From assembly GCA_963664825.1 (NCBI GenBank), contig OY761614.1, positions 2,784,001 through 2,848,000 of the forward strand: 64,000 nt of DNA, read 5' to 3'. This DNA comes from an uncultured Holophaga sp. Lineage in GTDB: Bacteria > Acidobacteriota > Holophagae > Holophagales > Holophagaceae. The position numbers were made by a program, and so were the translations under genes. The notes under the pieces were generated by a model. The model ran no database searches, was not told the origin of the DNA, and saw only the letters and a list, made by a program, of their open reading frames with translations. Numbering within the stretch: position 1 is the stretch's first letter; every line of letters begins with the position of its first letter. Below, in pieces: positions 27,075 to 37,565 of the stretch.

Positions 27075-28302
27075 GGGAGAGCTTGCTGGCCTTCCACGCC
27101 GGATAAAGCGCGAAGAGGAAGCCGCAGACGGCCGCCAGCAGGTAGGCCCAGAGGAAGCTCGCCAGGTTCATGGCCAGGGGCACGCCCAGGACATGGGTGA
27201 TGGCCCAGGAGAAGGCCACTCCCAGGCCGAGACCCACGAAACCGCCCAGGGCCGTGAGGAGCAGGGCCTCGGTCATGAAACCCTTGAAGATCTCCGAACC
27301 CGGGGCGCCGATGGCCATCTTGATGCCCACTTCCCGCACCCGTTCCTTGAGGCCCGCCAACTGGATATTCACGTTGACGAGGCCCCCGCCCAGCAGCGCC
27401 AGCACGCCGCTGAGCATGAAGATGATGTTGTAGGCGTCGCCATTGTTGTCCCGCTTGCGGATGCGGGCCTGGACATCATCGAGGCGGAAATCCTCCTCCA
27501 GTCGGTGATTGGGCTTGAGGATGCCCTGCAGGGCCTGAGTGAAGGCGGGCATGGCGTCGATCTTGGGCAGACGGTAGGTGATGCGGTCCAGCCGGGCGTG
27601 GACATCGCCCTGGAGGCGCCGCTGCACGAGGCTTGCGGGCACGGCGATGATCCGGTTCTGGCGCCGGAACATGTTGTGGCGCCCCTCCACCTTGCTGAAG
27701 CGGAAGAACCGCTCCTGCAGCACGCCCACGACCTGTACGGGCGAATCGCCCACGCGCATCGTGGACCCCACGGCATGGCCCGATGGGAAGAAGGTCAGGG
27801 CGGCTTCGCTGCCGAGGAGGACCACCGGCGCCGCCGAAGTCAGGTCCTGGGTCGAAAGGGCGCGGCCCTGGGCCACTTCGTAGCCCTCCATGGCCAGGAA
27901 ATCGCCACCGATGCCGCTCACGGAACGCTCCTGGTCCCCCTCGGCGGAGCGCACCCGGGCGCGCAGGCTCTTCATCATGGAGATGCCCTGGACATCCTGG
28001 GGGGACACCTGCTCGGTGTCATCCCGATCCTCCTGGCGCAGTCCCAGGTTGGCGGCGCGCAGGGCCGTGGGTTGGCCCTCCGGGGCCGTGGGATTGTTCT
28101 GCACGGTGAGCTTGTCCAGGCCGCCGAGCTTCACGTAGAGCTGCTCGCTGCGCTGGCGGAAGGAATCGGTGATGGAGAACCCACCCAGCACGGAGGCCAC
28201 TCCCAGCATGACGCCGAGGCTCTGGAGGGAGGCGCGGCCAAGATTCTCCCGGATCTCCGTCCAGGCTTCGAAAACCCGTTCCCGGAGGACGCCGCGGTTC
28301 AC
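27049..28302 (-). CDS. ABC transporter permease (MacB/FtsX-type)
   Basis: ERVREVGIKMAIGA and LYPAWKASKLSPMEALHYE motifs. Confidence 0.9.
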   Translation of the reverse strand: MNRGVLRERVFEAWTEIRENLGRASLQSLGVMLGVASVLGGFSITDSFRQRSEQLYVKLGGLDKLTVQNNPTAPEGQPTALRAANLGLRQEDRDDTEQVSPQDVQGISMMKSLRARVRSAEGDQERSVSGIGGDFLAMEGYEVAQGRALSTQDLTSAAPVVLLGSEAALTFFPSGHAVGSTMRVGDSPVQVVGVLQERFFRFSKVEGRHNMFRRQNRIIAVPASLVQRRLQGDVHARLDRITYRLPKIDAMPAFTQALQGILKPNHRLEEDFRLDDVQARIRKRDNNGDAYNIIFMLSGVLALLGGGLVNVNIQLAGLKERVREVGIKMAIGAPGSEIFKGFMTEALLLTALGGFVGLGLGVAFSWAITHVLGVPLAMNLASFLWAYLLAAVCGFLFALYPAWKASKLSPMEALHYE

Positions 28303-28985
28303 GGTTCGGTCTCCATGCGGGCGATGAGGCCGTCGGAGATCTCGACGCGGCGCCTGGCCTGGGAGGCGATGCCGAGATCGTGGGTCACCAGGATCACCGT
28401 GTTGCCTGCGGCATTGAGATGGCCGAAGAGTTCGAGAATCTCCGCACCGGTCTTGGAATCCAGGGCGCCGGTGGGTTCGTCGGCCAGCAGCAGGGCAGGG
28501 CCCGCCGCCAGGGAACGGGCGATGGAGACCCGCTGCTTCTGGCCGCCGGAGAGTTCGCCCGGTAGTTTGGTGGCCTTGTCGGGGATGCCTACCTGTTCCA
28601 GCAGGTGCTGGGCGCGCTCCCGGCGCTCCTTGCGGCCCACTCCCGCGTAGAGCAGGGGCAGTTCGATATTGCGAAGCACGGAGGCCTTGGGGAGCAGGTT
28701 GTAGGCCTGAAAGACGAAGCCGATCTTGCGGTTGCGGATGGCGGCCAGTTCCCGGCCCGAGAGGCCCTGGACTTCCACGCCATCGAGGGTATAGGTGCCG
28801 GAGGTGGGGCGATCCAGGCAGCCCAGAATGGCCATGAGGGTGGACTTCCCGGAGCCGCTGGGGCCGATGAGGGCCAGGAATTCGCCTCGCTGGACCTCGA
28901 GATCGATGCCCCGGAGGGCATGGACCGCCGTGCCGTTGTTGCCGAAGGTCTTGGTGATGGCTAGGGTCTGGATGACGGGCTGCAT
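28299..28985 (-). CDS. ABC transporter ATP-binding protein (MacB/LolD-like)
   Basis: GPSGSGKST, LSGGQKQR and LLADEPTGALD motifs. Confidence 0.95.
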   Translation of the reverse strand: MQPVIQTLAITKTFGNNGTAVHALRGIDLEVQRGEFLALIGPSGSGKSTLMAILGCLDRPTSGTYTLDGVEVQGLSGRELAAIRNRKIGFVFQAYNLLPKASVLRNIELPLLYAGVGRKERRERAQHLLEQVGIPDKATKLPGELSGGQKQRVSIARSLAAGPALLLADEPTGALDSKTGAEILELFGHLNAAGNTVILVTHDLGIASQARRRVEISDGLIARMETEP

Positions 28986-30196
28986 CACATGTCCTCGTCC
29001 TTCTCGACCTTCTTGCGGGTGGGATCCTCCAGGCAGATCTGATCGCCTTCGCCGAGGCCCGAAAGCACTTCCACGCGTTCCAGTGTGGCTAGACCGGCCT
29101 TGACGTTGACCGATTCGAAGAACTCCCTCCAGTGCTCCGAGAGCCAAGTGAACTTGCCCCGGCCCCCGAGTCCTTCCTTGGCTCTCTTGAAATCCTCGGG
29201 CTTGAGGCCCTTCTTCAGCCGGTAGGCCACGGTCTGACCCTCCTTGCGGTGGAGGGCCTCCAGGGGGATGGAGAGGGCCTTGGTCCGGCGTTCGCCCAGG
29301 ATCTCCACATTGGCGCTCATGCCGGTGCGGAAGGCCTCGGTGAGTTCATCGAGGGCCACTTCCACCTCGAAGACCTTGATCTTCTCGGCCAGCTTGGCGG
29401 CCGGGGCCACGAAGCGCACCTTGCCGGTGAAGGTCTTCTGGGGATAGGCGTCCAGGGTGACGCGCACGGGGAGGCCCACCTGGACCTTGGCGATATCGAC
29501 CTCGTTGAGGTTGACGCGGATGATGAGGCTCTTCAGATCGGCCACGGTGAAGACGATGGTGCCTGCGCTGAAGCTGGAGACGCCGCTGGTGATGGTGTCG
29601 CCCAGTTCCACGCCCTTCTTGATCACGACTCCATCCATGGGGGACGTGACCCGGGCCCGCTGGCTGGTGGCGTTTCCGCCGATGGGAATGCCGCGATCCT
29701 CCACGATCTGGTAGCGGATCTCGGCGGCCTTGAAGACTTCTTCGGCCAGATCCCGGGTGGTCTTGGCGGCGCGGTAGGCCTGTTCGGAGACGAGGCCCTC
29801 CTTGTAGAGGGAAGCCTGCTGGACAAAATCGCGCTCGGCGTTCTTGAAACTGACCCGGGCCTGGGAGAGGCTGCCCTTCACATCGGAAAGGGTCTGGGCC
29901 TGGTTCACGTCCGGCTCCACCTCCGCCAGCACTTCGCCCGCCCTCACCACGGCCCCCTCCCGCACCTTCAGGCTGAGGATCTTGCCGCTGACGGTGCTCT
30001 TCACGTCCACCTTGGTGACGGGGTCCACGGCACCCACTTCCCGGACACTGATCTGCAGATCCTCCAATTGGACTTTGCCCAGACGGAAGGGAGTGGCCTC
30101 CTCTCCCTTGGTCGATTTCCCGGCCCTGCCCGCCGCGAGCAAGGCCGCCACCACCAGGACGCTGGAAGCCCCCACGATCCACCACCGTTTTCTCAT
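28985..30196 (-). CDS. Efflux periplasmic adaptor subunit (MacA-like)
   Basis: N-terminal TM, VKSTVSGKI lipoyl-like halves, SPMDGVV and NEVDIAKV motifs. Confidence 0.9.
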   Translation of the reverse strand: MRKRWWIVGASSVLVVAALLAAGRAGKSTKGEEATPFRLGKVQLEDLQISVREVGAVDPVTKVDVKSTVSGKILSLKVREGAVVRAGEVLAEVEPDVNQAQTLSDVKGSLSQARVSFKNAERDFVQQASLYKEGLVSEQAYRAAKTTRDLAEEVFKAAEIRYQIVEDRGIPIGGNATSQRARVTSPMDGVVIKKGVELGDTITSGVSSFSAGTIVFTVADLKSLIIRVNLNEVDIAKVQVGLPVRVTLDAYPQKTFTGKVRFVAPAAKLAEKIKVFEVEVALDELTEAFRTGMSANVEILGERRTKALSIPLEALHRKEGQTVAYRLKKGLKPEDFKRAKEGLGGRGKFTWLSEHWREFFESVNVKAGLATLERVEVLSGLGEGDQICLEDPTRKKVEKDEDM

Positions 30197-30381
30197 GGCA
30201 CCCCCCGCTAAGACAGATCTCGAGCCCGTCGATAAAGAGCCTACGAGGGGAGGATGGCATCGTTTAGGCCGCTGGCTCGGGCCATTCGGCCACAGCCCCG
30301 GGAGCACCGGCGAATGGTTCCGGGCGGGCGGGGAATGGAAAACGGGGCCCGGAGGCCCCGCTTATGAGGATTCCGATGGGT

Positions 30382-31560
30382 TCAGATGAACTTGGCTGTG
30401 TAACGGGCGATCATCAATTCCTCGTTCGTGGGCACAACGGCCACGGCCACCCGGGAATCGGGCGTGGAGATGAGGCGATCGTCCTTGCGGCGAGTGTTAT
30501 TGATGCCCTCATCCAGCTTCAGGCCCAGCAGGCGTGTGAGGCGGTTGCAGACCCAGGAGCGGAGGGCAGGGGCGTTCTCCCCGATGCCGGCGGTGAAGGT
30601 GATCGCATCCAGGCCGTTCATGGCCGCGGCGTAGGAACCGATGTACTTCAAGACGCCGTAGCAGAGCACATCGTGGGTGAGGCGCGCACGATCATCGGTG
30701 TCCATGGCGGCCTCGATCTCGCGGCAATCGGAGGAAATGCCGGAGAGGCCCAGCATGCCGGATTGTTTGTTGAGCAGATGGTTGAGGCCCTTGACGTCCA
30801 GGTTTTCCTTTTCCATCAGCGTGATGAGGGCGCCGGGGTCCACATTACCGCAGCGGGTGCCCATGATAAGGCCTTCCAGGGGCGTGAGGCCCATGCTGGT
30901 GTCCACGCTCTTTCCGCCATCCACGGCCGTGACGGAGCTGCCATTGCCCAGGTGGCAGGTGATGATCTTGAGCTGCTCGAGGGGCTTGCCCAGCAGGGCT
31001 GCCGTGCGCTCGGCCACGTAGCGGTGACTGGTGCCGTGGAATCCGTAGCGACGCAGGCCCAGCTTGGCATTGAGCTCATGGGGCAGGCCGTAGGTGTAGG
31101 CGTAGTCGGGCATGCTGTGGTGGAAGGCGGTATCGAAGACGGCCACGTGAGGCACGCCAGGGAACATCTCCTGGGCGGTGCGGATCCCCATGGCGTTGGC
31201 GGGATTGTGGAGGGGCGCGTAGAAGGCCAGTTCCTCGATCTCCTGGAGGATCTTGGGGGTGACGATCATGGGTTCGCCAAAGTGGGGGCCTCCGTGGGTC
31301 ACGCGATGGCCGACGCCAGCCACGTCCTGGTCCTTCAAGACGGTGGCCTGGAGCCTCTCCATGATGTGTCCCAGGGCCTGGCGGTGGTCGTTCATATCCA
31401 CTTCCAGGCGACCCTTCTCGCCCTGGATGCTCCAGCGGAGGAAACTGCCTTGGATCCCGATGCGCTCGACGATGCCCTCGGCGAGGGATGCCTCGGTGGC
31501 CACGTTGATGACGTTGAACTTCAGGGAACTGGAGCCTGCGTTCAGGGTCAGGACGATCAT
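30382..31560 (-). CDS. ackA: Acetate kinase
   Basis: NAGSSSLK, GHRVTHGG, APLHN, FDTAFH, YGFHGTSH, HLGNGSS and TNEE motifs. Confidence 0.97.
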   Translation of the reverse strand: MIVLTLNAGSSSLKFNVINVATEASLAEGIVERIGIQGSFLRWSIQGEKGRLEVDMNDHRQALGHIMERLQATVLKDQDVAGVGHRVTHGGPHFGEPMIVTPKILQEIEELAFYAPLHNPANAMGIRTAQEMFPGVPHVAVFDTAFHHSMPDYAYTYGLPHELNAKLGLRRYGFHGTSHRYVAERTAALLGKPLEQLKIITCHLGNGSSVTAVDGGKSVDTSMGLTPLEGLIMGTRCGNVDPGALITLMEKENLDVKGLNHLLNKQSGMLGLSGISSDCREIEAAMDTDDRARLTHDVLCYGVLKYIGSYAAAMNGLDAITFTAGIGENAPALRSWVCNRLTRLLGLKLDEGINNTRRKDDRLISTPDSRVAVAVVPTNEELMIARYTAKFI

Positions 31561-31712
31561 GGGGTTCTCCTTGGATCAAGACGGCAAAGGGTCTGACAGG
31601 CAAGAGCCTAGCCCCTACGATAGCCCCGAGGGCTGTGCATCCTTGCTGGGCCGTTCTTCCAAGTGTAGGAGTGATTCCTCCCTCAAGGCAAAGAGGGGGA
31701 AGGGTTTTGCGT

Positions 31713-32585
31713 TTAATCACTCGCCCCGCACAGCTCCACCAGAGGGCAGGCGGCGCAGCCTGGCAGGGAGCGGAGCCCTGGGCAGTCTCCGAGGATGCCC
31801 AGGTGGGACAGGGGGAAGTCGAAGCGGAGGGGATCCAAGGGGTCCAGGGCTTGAAGGGCCTGGGTGATCTCCAGGGCCATCCGGCCATCCGGCGTGGCTC
31901 TCGAGGTGAGGCCGATGAGCCGGGAGATCCGGGCCACATGGGTATCCAGAGGGATCACGAGGGCCTCCCGGGGGTAGGCTCGCCATAGGCCGAGATCGGG
32001 CCAGGCCTCCCGCACCATCCAGCGCAGGAACATCCGCCAGCGCTTGCAGGCCGCCCCTTCCAGAGGGTCGGGCAGGGAAAACCTGAGCCCATGAGTGGCC
32101 GGGAGTTCGAGCCGGAGCCGCTGGACAAGGGCCGAGAGCGCTTCGTCGGCCGAGCGCCCGGCACCCGGCAGGAGATCGTTTTCCATACCCTGGTGGCCAT
32201 TGCCCTCGTCGAGACGCTTCCAGGCCAGGATCCAGGCGATCATGTCCTCCAGGGTGTGGAAGCGCCAGACCCAGTTCGGCAGGGCGGCCTGCATGGCCCT
32301 CCGGATTTCCGCAGCATCCTTGGCGCGGAGCCAGGTGCTGGGCGAGGGCCCCAGGGGCCCCAGGAGGCTCCGGATGGCTCTCTGCATGGGGGCGACCCGG
32401 CCATAGGCCAGATGGGCCGCGATCCAGGCGGCCACCTCCCGGTCCATGGGGTCGACGAAGGCGAGGGGGATGGCCAACGGATCGGCATCCAGGGCCCGGG
32501 CCTCCTGGTATTTGACGGTCAGTGCTTCCAGGGAGGCTTGCAGGGCCTTGTGTCGGCGAGGGTCAGGAACGCTGGGTTTGCTCAT
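31713..32585 (-). CDS. TIGR02757 / DUF2400 family protein
   Basis: ADPL..P, DREVAAWIAAHLAYGR, ACKRWRMFLRWMVR, PLDTHV and DPLRFDF motifs. Confidence 0.88.
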   Translation of the reverse strand: MSKPSVPDPRRHKALQASLEALTVKYQEARALDADPLAIPLAFVDPMDREVAAWIAAHLAYGRVAPMQRAIRSLLGPLGPSPSTWLRAKDAAEIRRAMQAALPNWVWRFHTLEDMIAWILAWKRLDEGNGHQGMENDLLPGAGRSADEALSALVQRLRLELPATHGLRFSLPDPLEGAACKRWRMFLRWMVREAWPDLGLWRAYPREALVIPLDTHVARISRLIGLTSRATPDGRMALEITQALQALDPLDPLRFDFPLSHLGILGDCPGLRSLPGCAACPLVELCGASD

Positions 32586-32638
32586 GTAAGGGGCCGTCCA
32601 TCTTTGACGGAAGCCCCGGGGCTGGCCCTCCGATGCAC

Positions 32639-33241
32639 TCAGAATCGGGGAATTTTTACCCGCAGTCCATCCTCATCTACGCAAAGGGTGGCGTGGAGGG
32701 CATTGCCTGCGTACAGGCTCCAGCGCGCGCTGATATCCCGGGGGCGCGTTTCCATTTCTGGCCGGAGGCTTTCGGGGATCACGGTCGTGTGGGGCCAAGT
32801 CAATTGCCACTCCCTGGAATCGGCGCTGCTGAGGATCTCCAGGGATTCGCACTGGACGTAGGGAAGGACCTGCCGTGTGAGGGCCAGGGCATAGCTGCGG
32901 AGGAGTTCCCCTGGCCAACGATCATCGGCGGATTCCCCCGCAAAGTGGACGTGGAAGTGGCGGCGGAAGAGGATGCCCAGGGGATTCAGCTGCTCCTCGA
33001 ACTGGTGCCGCCAGTCCTGCCCGGATTCCACCATGGATTCGGGCAGCGTGCCCATGGCCAGATGGCGGGAGCGATCCAAGGCCACCATGCCATCGGCGAT
33101 GACCGCGTCGAGGCGGGACTGGTCCCGGGGTGTCAGGGGCTGTTGGGGGTCGCTCAGCTCCAGGATGCCCCGGATGCCGCACAGCACATTGGCCAGGTCG
33201 TGGAGGGCCGATCTCATCAGGGCTTCTGAGGCGGGGTCCAT
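32639..33241 (-). CDS. Hypothetical protein with a HisKA/phosphotransferase-like N-terminus
   Basis: ALHDLANVL..IRG..EL H-box-like segment; no clear ATP-binding G boxes. Confidence 0.5.
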   Translation of the reverse strand: MDPASEALMRSALHDLANVLCGIRGILELSDPQQPLTPRDQSRLDAVIADGMVALDRSRHLAMGTLPESMVESGQDWRHQFEEQLNPLGILFRRHFHVHFAGESADDRWPGELLRSYALALTRQVLPYVQCESLEILSSADSREWQLTWPHTTVIPESLRPEMETRPRDISARWSLYAGNALHATLCVDEDGLRVKIPRF

Positions 33242-33320
33242 GGGAATCCTTAGCGTCTGGCGTCTAGCCGAGGTTAAATGTAGACTTCTTCCAATCGTAA
33301 TGCAGAAAGGTTCTTGCCCA

Positions 33321-34193
33321 ATGGCCTCGGAGACCAAGAAACTTGGAGAAATGCTGCTCGACGCGGGGCTGCTCGACGCCGCCCAGCTGTCGGAGGCCCT
33401 TCGCCACCAACGGATCGCCGGTGGGCGCATGGGCAGTAACCTCGTGGCCCTGGGCTTCGTGAGCGAGGAAGTCCTGATGGAATTCCTTGCCCACCAGACC
33501 GGCGTGCCCCGGCTGGATGTCCGGAATCTGGATGTGCCCGTCGAGGTGCTCAAGCGGATTCCCCGGCGCCTAGCGGACCAGTTAAACATCCTTCCCGTCA
33601 GCCTCCAGGAACCCAAGTCCTTGATGCTGGCCATGGCCGATCCCTCGGATCTGAATGCGATCGATAGCGCTCGTTTCGCTTCGGGGCTCAATATCGAACC
33701 GATGGTGGTGTCCTACTCCTCCCTCAAACTCGCCATCTCTGAGCAGTACCGGAAGTTGGAGACGCCAAGCGGCAGCGGCCCCATCGAGGTCGGCATGGGC
33801 CTGCCGCCCGAAAGCCTGGCCGTGCCCTTCGAAGTGCCCCCCCAGGCCGATCCCCGGGCGACCCACCCTCCGGTGGCGAAGTACGCGAGAGACCCCTTCT
33901 TCGACGATATGTCAGCCTCAGGGGAACCCAATCCCTTCGGGTTTTTCGCCTCCGATGCCGCGGAGACCCTGGATTCCCCCCTCCCGCCGGCGCGGATGAT
34001 GCCGGATTCACCCATGGTCATCCACGCCCGTTCCGCCGGTGCCCAGCAATCCCGGCGCCTGGAAACCTTCCAGACCCGGACGCTGGTGTTCGGGGTCATC
34101 AAGATGCTTCAGCGCCGGGGCATCCTCGGAGATGATGAGCTCCAGCGCTTCATCACGAACCTGTTGGAAGCCGGTGAACTCAAGGACGAGTGA
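33321..34193 (+). CDS. MshEN (T2SSE_N) domain protein without an ATPase domain; candidate c-di-GMP binder
   Basis: KLGEMLLDAGLL...QLSEALRHQ and RMGSNLVALGFV tandem motifs; LAMADP. Confidence 0.8.
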   Translation: MASETKKLGEMLLDAGLLDAAQLSEALRHQRIAGGRMGSNLVALGFVSEEVLMEFLAHQTGVPRLDVRNLDVPVEVLKRIPRRLADQLNILPVSLQEPKSLMLAMADPSDLNAIDSARFASGLNIEPMVVSYSSLKLAISEQYRKLETPSGSGPIEVGMGLPPESLAVPFEVPPQADPRATHPPVAKYARDPFFDDMSASGEPNPFGFFASDAAETLDSPLPPARMMPDSPMVIHARSAGAQQSRRLETFQTRTLVFGVIKMLQRRGILGDDELQRFITNLLEAGELKDE

Positions 34194-34368
34194 TGATGCC
34201 TTTGGCCAGCCGTTGATCCCGTTGCTTGGCCGGGCAGGTCTTGGACGAGCAGTTCCCGCAGCCTGAGGCGCATTTGCCCTTTCCCCGAAGCTCGGCGGCA
34301 GTGGAACGGACGAAATAGATCAATGCGGCGCCGACGGCGATCAGGGCGATCCAGGTCTGAAGGGTCAT
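34180..34368 (-). CDS. FeoB-associated Cys-rich membrane protein
   Basis: TM helix then CASGCGNC...C; lies directly after feoB. Confidence 0.75.
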   Translation of the reverse strand: MTLQTWIALIAVGAALIYFVRSTAAELRGKGKCASGCGNCSSKTCPAKQRDQRLAKGIITRP

Positions 34369-34371
34369 GGC

Positions 34372-36597
34372 TCACGCATAGCCGAGGATTCGGCCCACAT
34401 GGAGGGTGGCCCAGGCCAGGAGCCAGCCTAGCCCCAGTCCGTAGGCGATCGAGAAGGAGGTCCAGGCCCAGCTTCGGGTCTCCTTGAGGATCATGCCCAC
34501 CGTGCCCAGGCAGGGGGTGTAGATCAGCGTGAAGACCATGAAGGCCAGGGCCGTGAGGGGAGTCATCCCGGAACGGTGGCGCAGGGTCTCCTGGAGGGGA
34601 CTCAGGGTGGCGCCCTCCCCGGGTTTCTCGGCCTGGGCCTGGTGCACGACGGCCATGGTGCCCACCACGATTTCCTTGGCGACGAAACCGGCTGTGAGGG
34701 CCACGCCATCCTTCCAGGCCTCCGGGCGGGTGTGGTCGGGGTCGAGAATGGGCGCCAGGGTGGGCTGGAGGAGCTTCCCGAAGCGGGCCGCCAGGCTGGA
34801 ATTCATGACACGGCTCTCATGCTGGAGTTCGATGGCTTCGAGTCGGGTGGCCTCTTCCCCGGGGCTGAGCTTCTGCGCCCGGACAGCGAGCTCCTGCTGC
34901 AGCCGTTCCGCGGTCCACTGCCGGTTGGCGATGCCAGGGTAGTGGGACAGGAACCAGACCAGCGTGGCCCCCGCCAGGATCACGGTGCCGGCCCGGGACA
35001 GGAAGATGCGTCCCCTCTCCCACATGTGGATGAGGGTGCTCTTGAAGACGGGCAGGCGATAGGGGGGCAGCTCCATCACGAAGGGGGCGTTCTCTCCCCT
35101 GAAGAGGGTGAGCCGGAGCAGCTTGCCCATGAGCATGGCCAGTCCGAAGCCCAGGAAGTGCATGGCCAGGATGGCGAAGGCCGCCTGGATGGGAGGGAAG
35201 AAGGTGCCCGCGATGAGGATGTAGACCTGGAGCCGGGCCGAACACGAGATCAGGGGGCTCACCAGGATGGTAATGAAGCGATCCGTGTGGCTTTCGATGG
35301 TGCGTGTGGCCTGCACCGCCGGCACATTGCAGCCCGTGCCCATGATGAGAGGAATGAAGCTCTTCCCATGGAGGCCCATGAGGTGCATCAGGCGATCCAT
35401 GATGAAGGCGGCTCGGGCCATGTAGCCGGAGTCTTCCAGGAAGGCGATGCAGCCCATGAGTAGCATGATGACGGGCACGAAGACCACCACGGCGCCCACG
35501 CCGGGAATGATGCCATCCACCAGCAAGCTGGCCAGTTCCCCCGGGGGGCAGTGGGAGGAGGCCCATTGATGAAGATGGCTGAAGCCCGCCGCGATCCAGT
35601 CCTGGGGATACTTGCCCAGGAGGAAGGTGAGCGCGTAGACCCCCACCATGATGGCCAGGAAGATGGGGATGCCCAGCCAGCGGTTCGTCAGCAGCTTGTC
35701 GAGGCGATCGGTCGTGGTGCGATGACCATTTCCCGTCTCCCGCAGGGCCTCCTTCACGAGCCCATGGGCGAATCCATAGCGCCGCTCCGCCAGCAGGGTG
35801 GCGCCGTCGGCTCCCAGGTGCTTTTCCAGGAAGGCGAGGCTCTGCTCGAGCTGAACGCGGATGGCGGCCTGGGCGTGGCTCTGGGCCACGAGGGATTCGG
35901 CCTCGGGGGCGTGTTCGAGGAGCTCCAGGGCCAGTCGACGGGGGGCGTATTCCCGGGCGAGGCACTCGTCCCGGGCGACTTCGCGCTCCAGTTTGGCGAG
36001 TTCCCGGTCAATGTCCTCGCCGTAGGCCACCGCGATGGGGCGCCGGGTGGGCTCCTGGGCCGAGGCCACCCGGAGGATGGCCTCCTTGAGCTCCTGCATG
36101 CCATCCTCGCGGTTGCCCACCGTGGGGATGACGGGCCCTCCTAGTAGGGCGGAGAGGGCCTTCAGATCGATCTTGGTGCCGCGGCGCTCGGCGTCGTCCA
36201 TCATGTTCAGGGCGAACACGATGGGGCGCTGAAGTTCGAGGAGCTGGGTGGTGAGGTAGAGATTGCGCTCCAGGTTCGAGGCGTCCAGCACGTTCACGAT
36301 GACATCGACCTCGGGGGCGGCGAGATAGCGCGCCGCGATCCGCTCGTCTTCGCTCTGGGCCGACAGGGAATAGGTGCCCGGTAGATCCACCACCTCCACA
36401 ACGAGGGCGCCCATCTGGCTCAGGCCGCTGCGGCGTTCCACGGTCACCCCAGGCCAGTTGCCGACGTGGTGCCGGGATCCGGTCAGGGCGTTGAAGATGG
36501 AGGTCTTGCCGCAGTTGGGATTGCCCGCCAGGGCGATGACGAGGGGGCCCTGGGAAAGGTCTCCCTCGGTTTCGGGCGTTGCGGGATGGCTCGCCAT
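34372..36597 (-). CDS. feoB: Ferrous iron transport protein B
   Basis: GNPNCGKT, VGNWPGVTVE, DLPGTYS, EDSGYMARAAF and YTPC motifs. Confidence 0.96.
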   Translation of the reverse strand: MASHPATPETEGDLSQGPLVIALAGNPNCGKTSIFNALTGSRHHVGNWPGVTVERRSGLSQMGALVVEVVDLPGTYSLSAQSEDERIAARYLAAPEVDVIVNVLDASNLERNLYLTTQLLELQRPIVFALNMMDDAERRGTKIDLKALSALLGGPVIPTVGNREDGMQELKEAILRVASAQEPTRRPIAVAYGEDIDRELAKLEREVARDECLAREYAPRRLALELLEHAPEAESLVAQSHAQAAIRVQLEQSLAFLEKHLGADGATLLAERRYGFAHGLVKEALRETGNGHRTTTDRLDKLLTNRWLGIPIFLAIMVGVYALTFLLGKYPQDWIAAGFSHLHQWASSHCPPGELASLLVDGIIPGVGAVVVFVPVIMLLMGCIAFLEDSGYMARAAFIMDRLMHLMGLHGKSFIPLIMGTGCNVPAVQATRTIESHTDRFITILVSPLISCSARLQVYILIAGTFFPPIQAAFAILAMHFLGFGLAMLMGKLLRLTLFRGENAPFVMELPPYRLPVFKSTLIHMWERGRIFLSRAGTVILAGATLVWFLSHYPGIANRQWTAERLQQELAVRAQKLSPGEEATRLEAIELQHESRVMNSSLAARFGKLLQPTLAPILDPDHTRPEAWKDGVALTAGFVAKEIVVGTMAVVHQAQAEKPGEGATLSPLQETLRHRSGMTPLTALAFMVFTLIYTPCLGTVGMILKETRSWAWTSFSIAYGLGLGWLLAWATLHVGRILGYA

Positions 36598-36842
36598 CAG
36601 TCCTTCTCCACCAGGATGCACTCGCCTTCCTCCCGCCTGAGCGAGAGGTGGTAGCCCTTGATGACCAGTTCCATGGGATCCCCGAGGGGGGCGAGTTTTT
36701 CGATTTTCAGAAGCGCGCCCCGGATGAATCCCATTTCCAGGAGCCGTTGCCGGACCGGGCCCAGGGCCAGGACCCGCAGGACTGTGGCCTCCTCTCCTGG
36801 ATGCAGGTCACTCAATCGTATGGGGTTATCTTGAGACGCCAT
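36597..36842 (-). CDS. feoA: Ferrous iron transport protein A
   Basis: RLLEMGF..G, APLGDP and LSLRREE motifs. Confidence 0.93.
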   Translation of the reverse strand: MASQDNPIRLSDLHPGEEATVLRVLALGPVRQRLLEMGFIRGALLKIEKLAPLGDPMELVIKGYHLSLRREEGECILVEKD

Positions 36843-36847
36843 CTCAA
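36831..36847. promoter_or_regulatory. Possible Fur-type operator overlapping the feoA start
   Basis: TTGAGA-CGCCA-TCTCAA inverted repeat; iron-uptake context. Confidence 0.35.
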
Positions 36848-36947
36848 CTCCATTTTGAGTCTAACGTCCAACCCGAGAATGGCAAGGCATGGTCCTGAGA
36901 CCTGTGTCACATTTGGTCCAGCTACAATGCAATCATCGCTGGATCCA

Positions 36948-37523
36948 ATGCTTATAACTCTGCCCAATATCCTGACGCTCCTGCGCATCCTTGCGGTGCC
37001 CTTCTTCGCCATCGCCCTCTGGTATGGGCATGCGATGGAGGCTTGTCTCATCTTCGTCGGGGCCGGGTTCACGGATCTGCTGGACGGGTTCATCGCCCGG
37101 CGCTTCAACCAGAGTTCCGAGCTGGGGGCGATCCTGGACCCGGCTGCCGACAAGCTGCTGATGACTACCGCCTTCGTTCTCATGGCGCTGCCGGGAACGC
37201 GCCTGGTGGCCCGCATTCCGGCCTGGGTCTCCATCCTGGCCATCTCCCGGGATGCCATCCTGTCGCTGGTGGCCGTCCTAGCCTTCGATCGCCTGGGGAG
37301 GGAACGCCTGAAGCCGACCCTGCTGGGGAAAGTCACGACGGCCACGGAGCTGGGAGCCATCTCCCTCGGGCTCCTGATCAACGCCATCGGCCTGCGTGGC
37401 TGGACGGCCTGGGTGATCCCTTGGGTCTACTACCTGGTGGCCGGGCTCGTGCTCGCCTCGGGGTTGCACTACTTCTTCCGTGCCACACAACCCAGGTCCG
37501 GATGCCCTAAGCCCAGGGCATGA
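36948..37523 (+). CDS. CDP-alcohol phosphatidyltransferase family protein
   Basis: LPNILT, TDLLDGFIAR and GAILDPAADK motifs. Confidence 0.9.
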   Translation: MLITLPNILTLLRILAVPFFAIALWYGHAMEACLIFVGAGFTDLLDGFIARRFNQSSELGAILDPAADKLLMTTAFVLMALPGTRLVARIPAWVSILAISRDAILSLVAVLAFDRLGRERLKPTLLGKVTTATELGAISLGLLINAIGLRGWTAWVIPWVYYLVAGLVLASGLHYFFRATQPRSGCPKPRA

Positions 37524-37565
37524 TGGAAGAGGGGCTTGGCCTGGCCTGGAAGGAGCTTGTGAATC

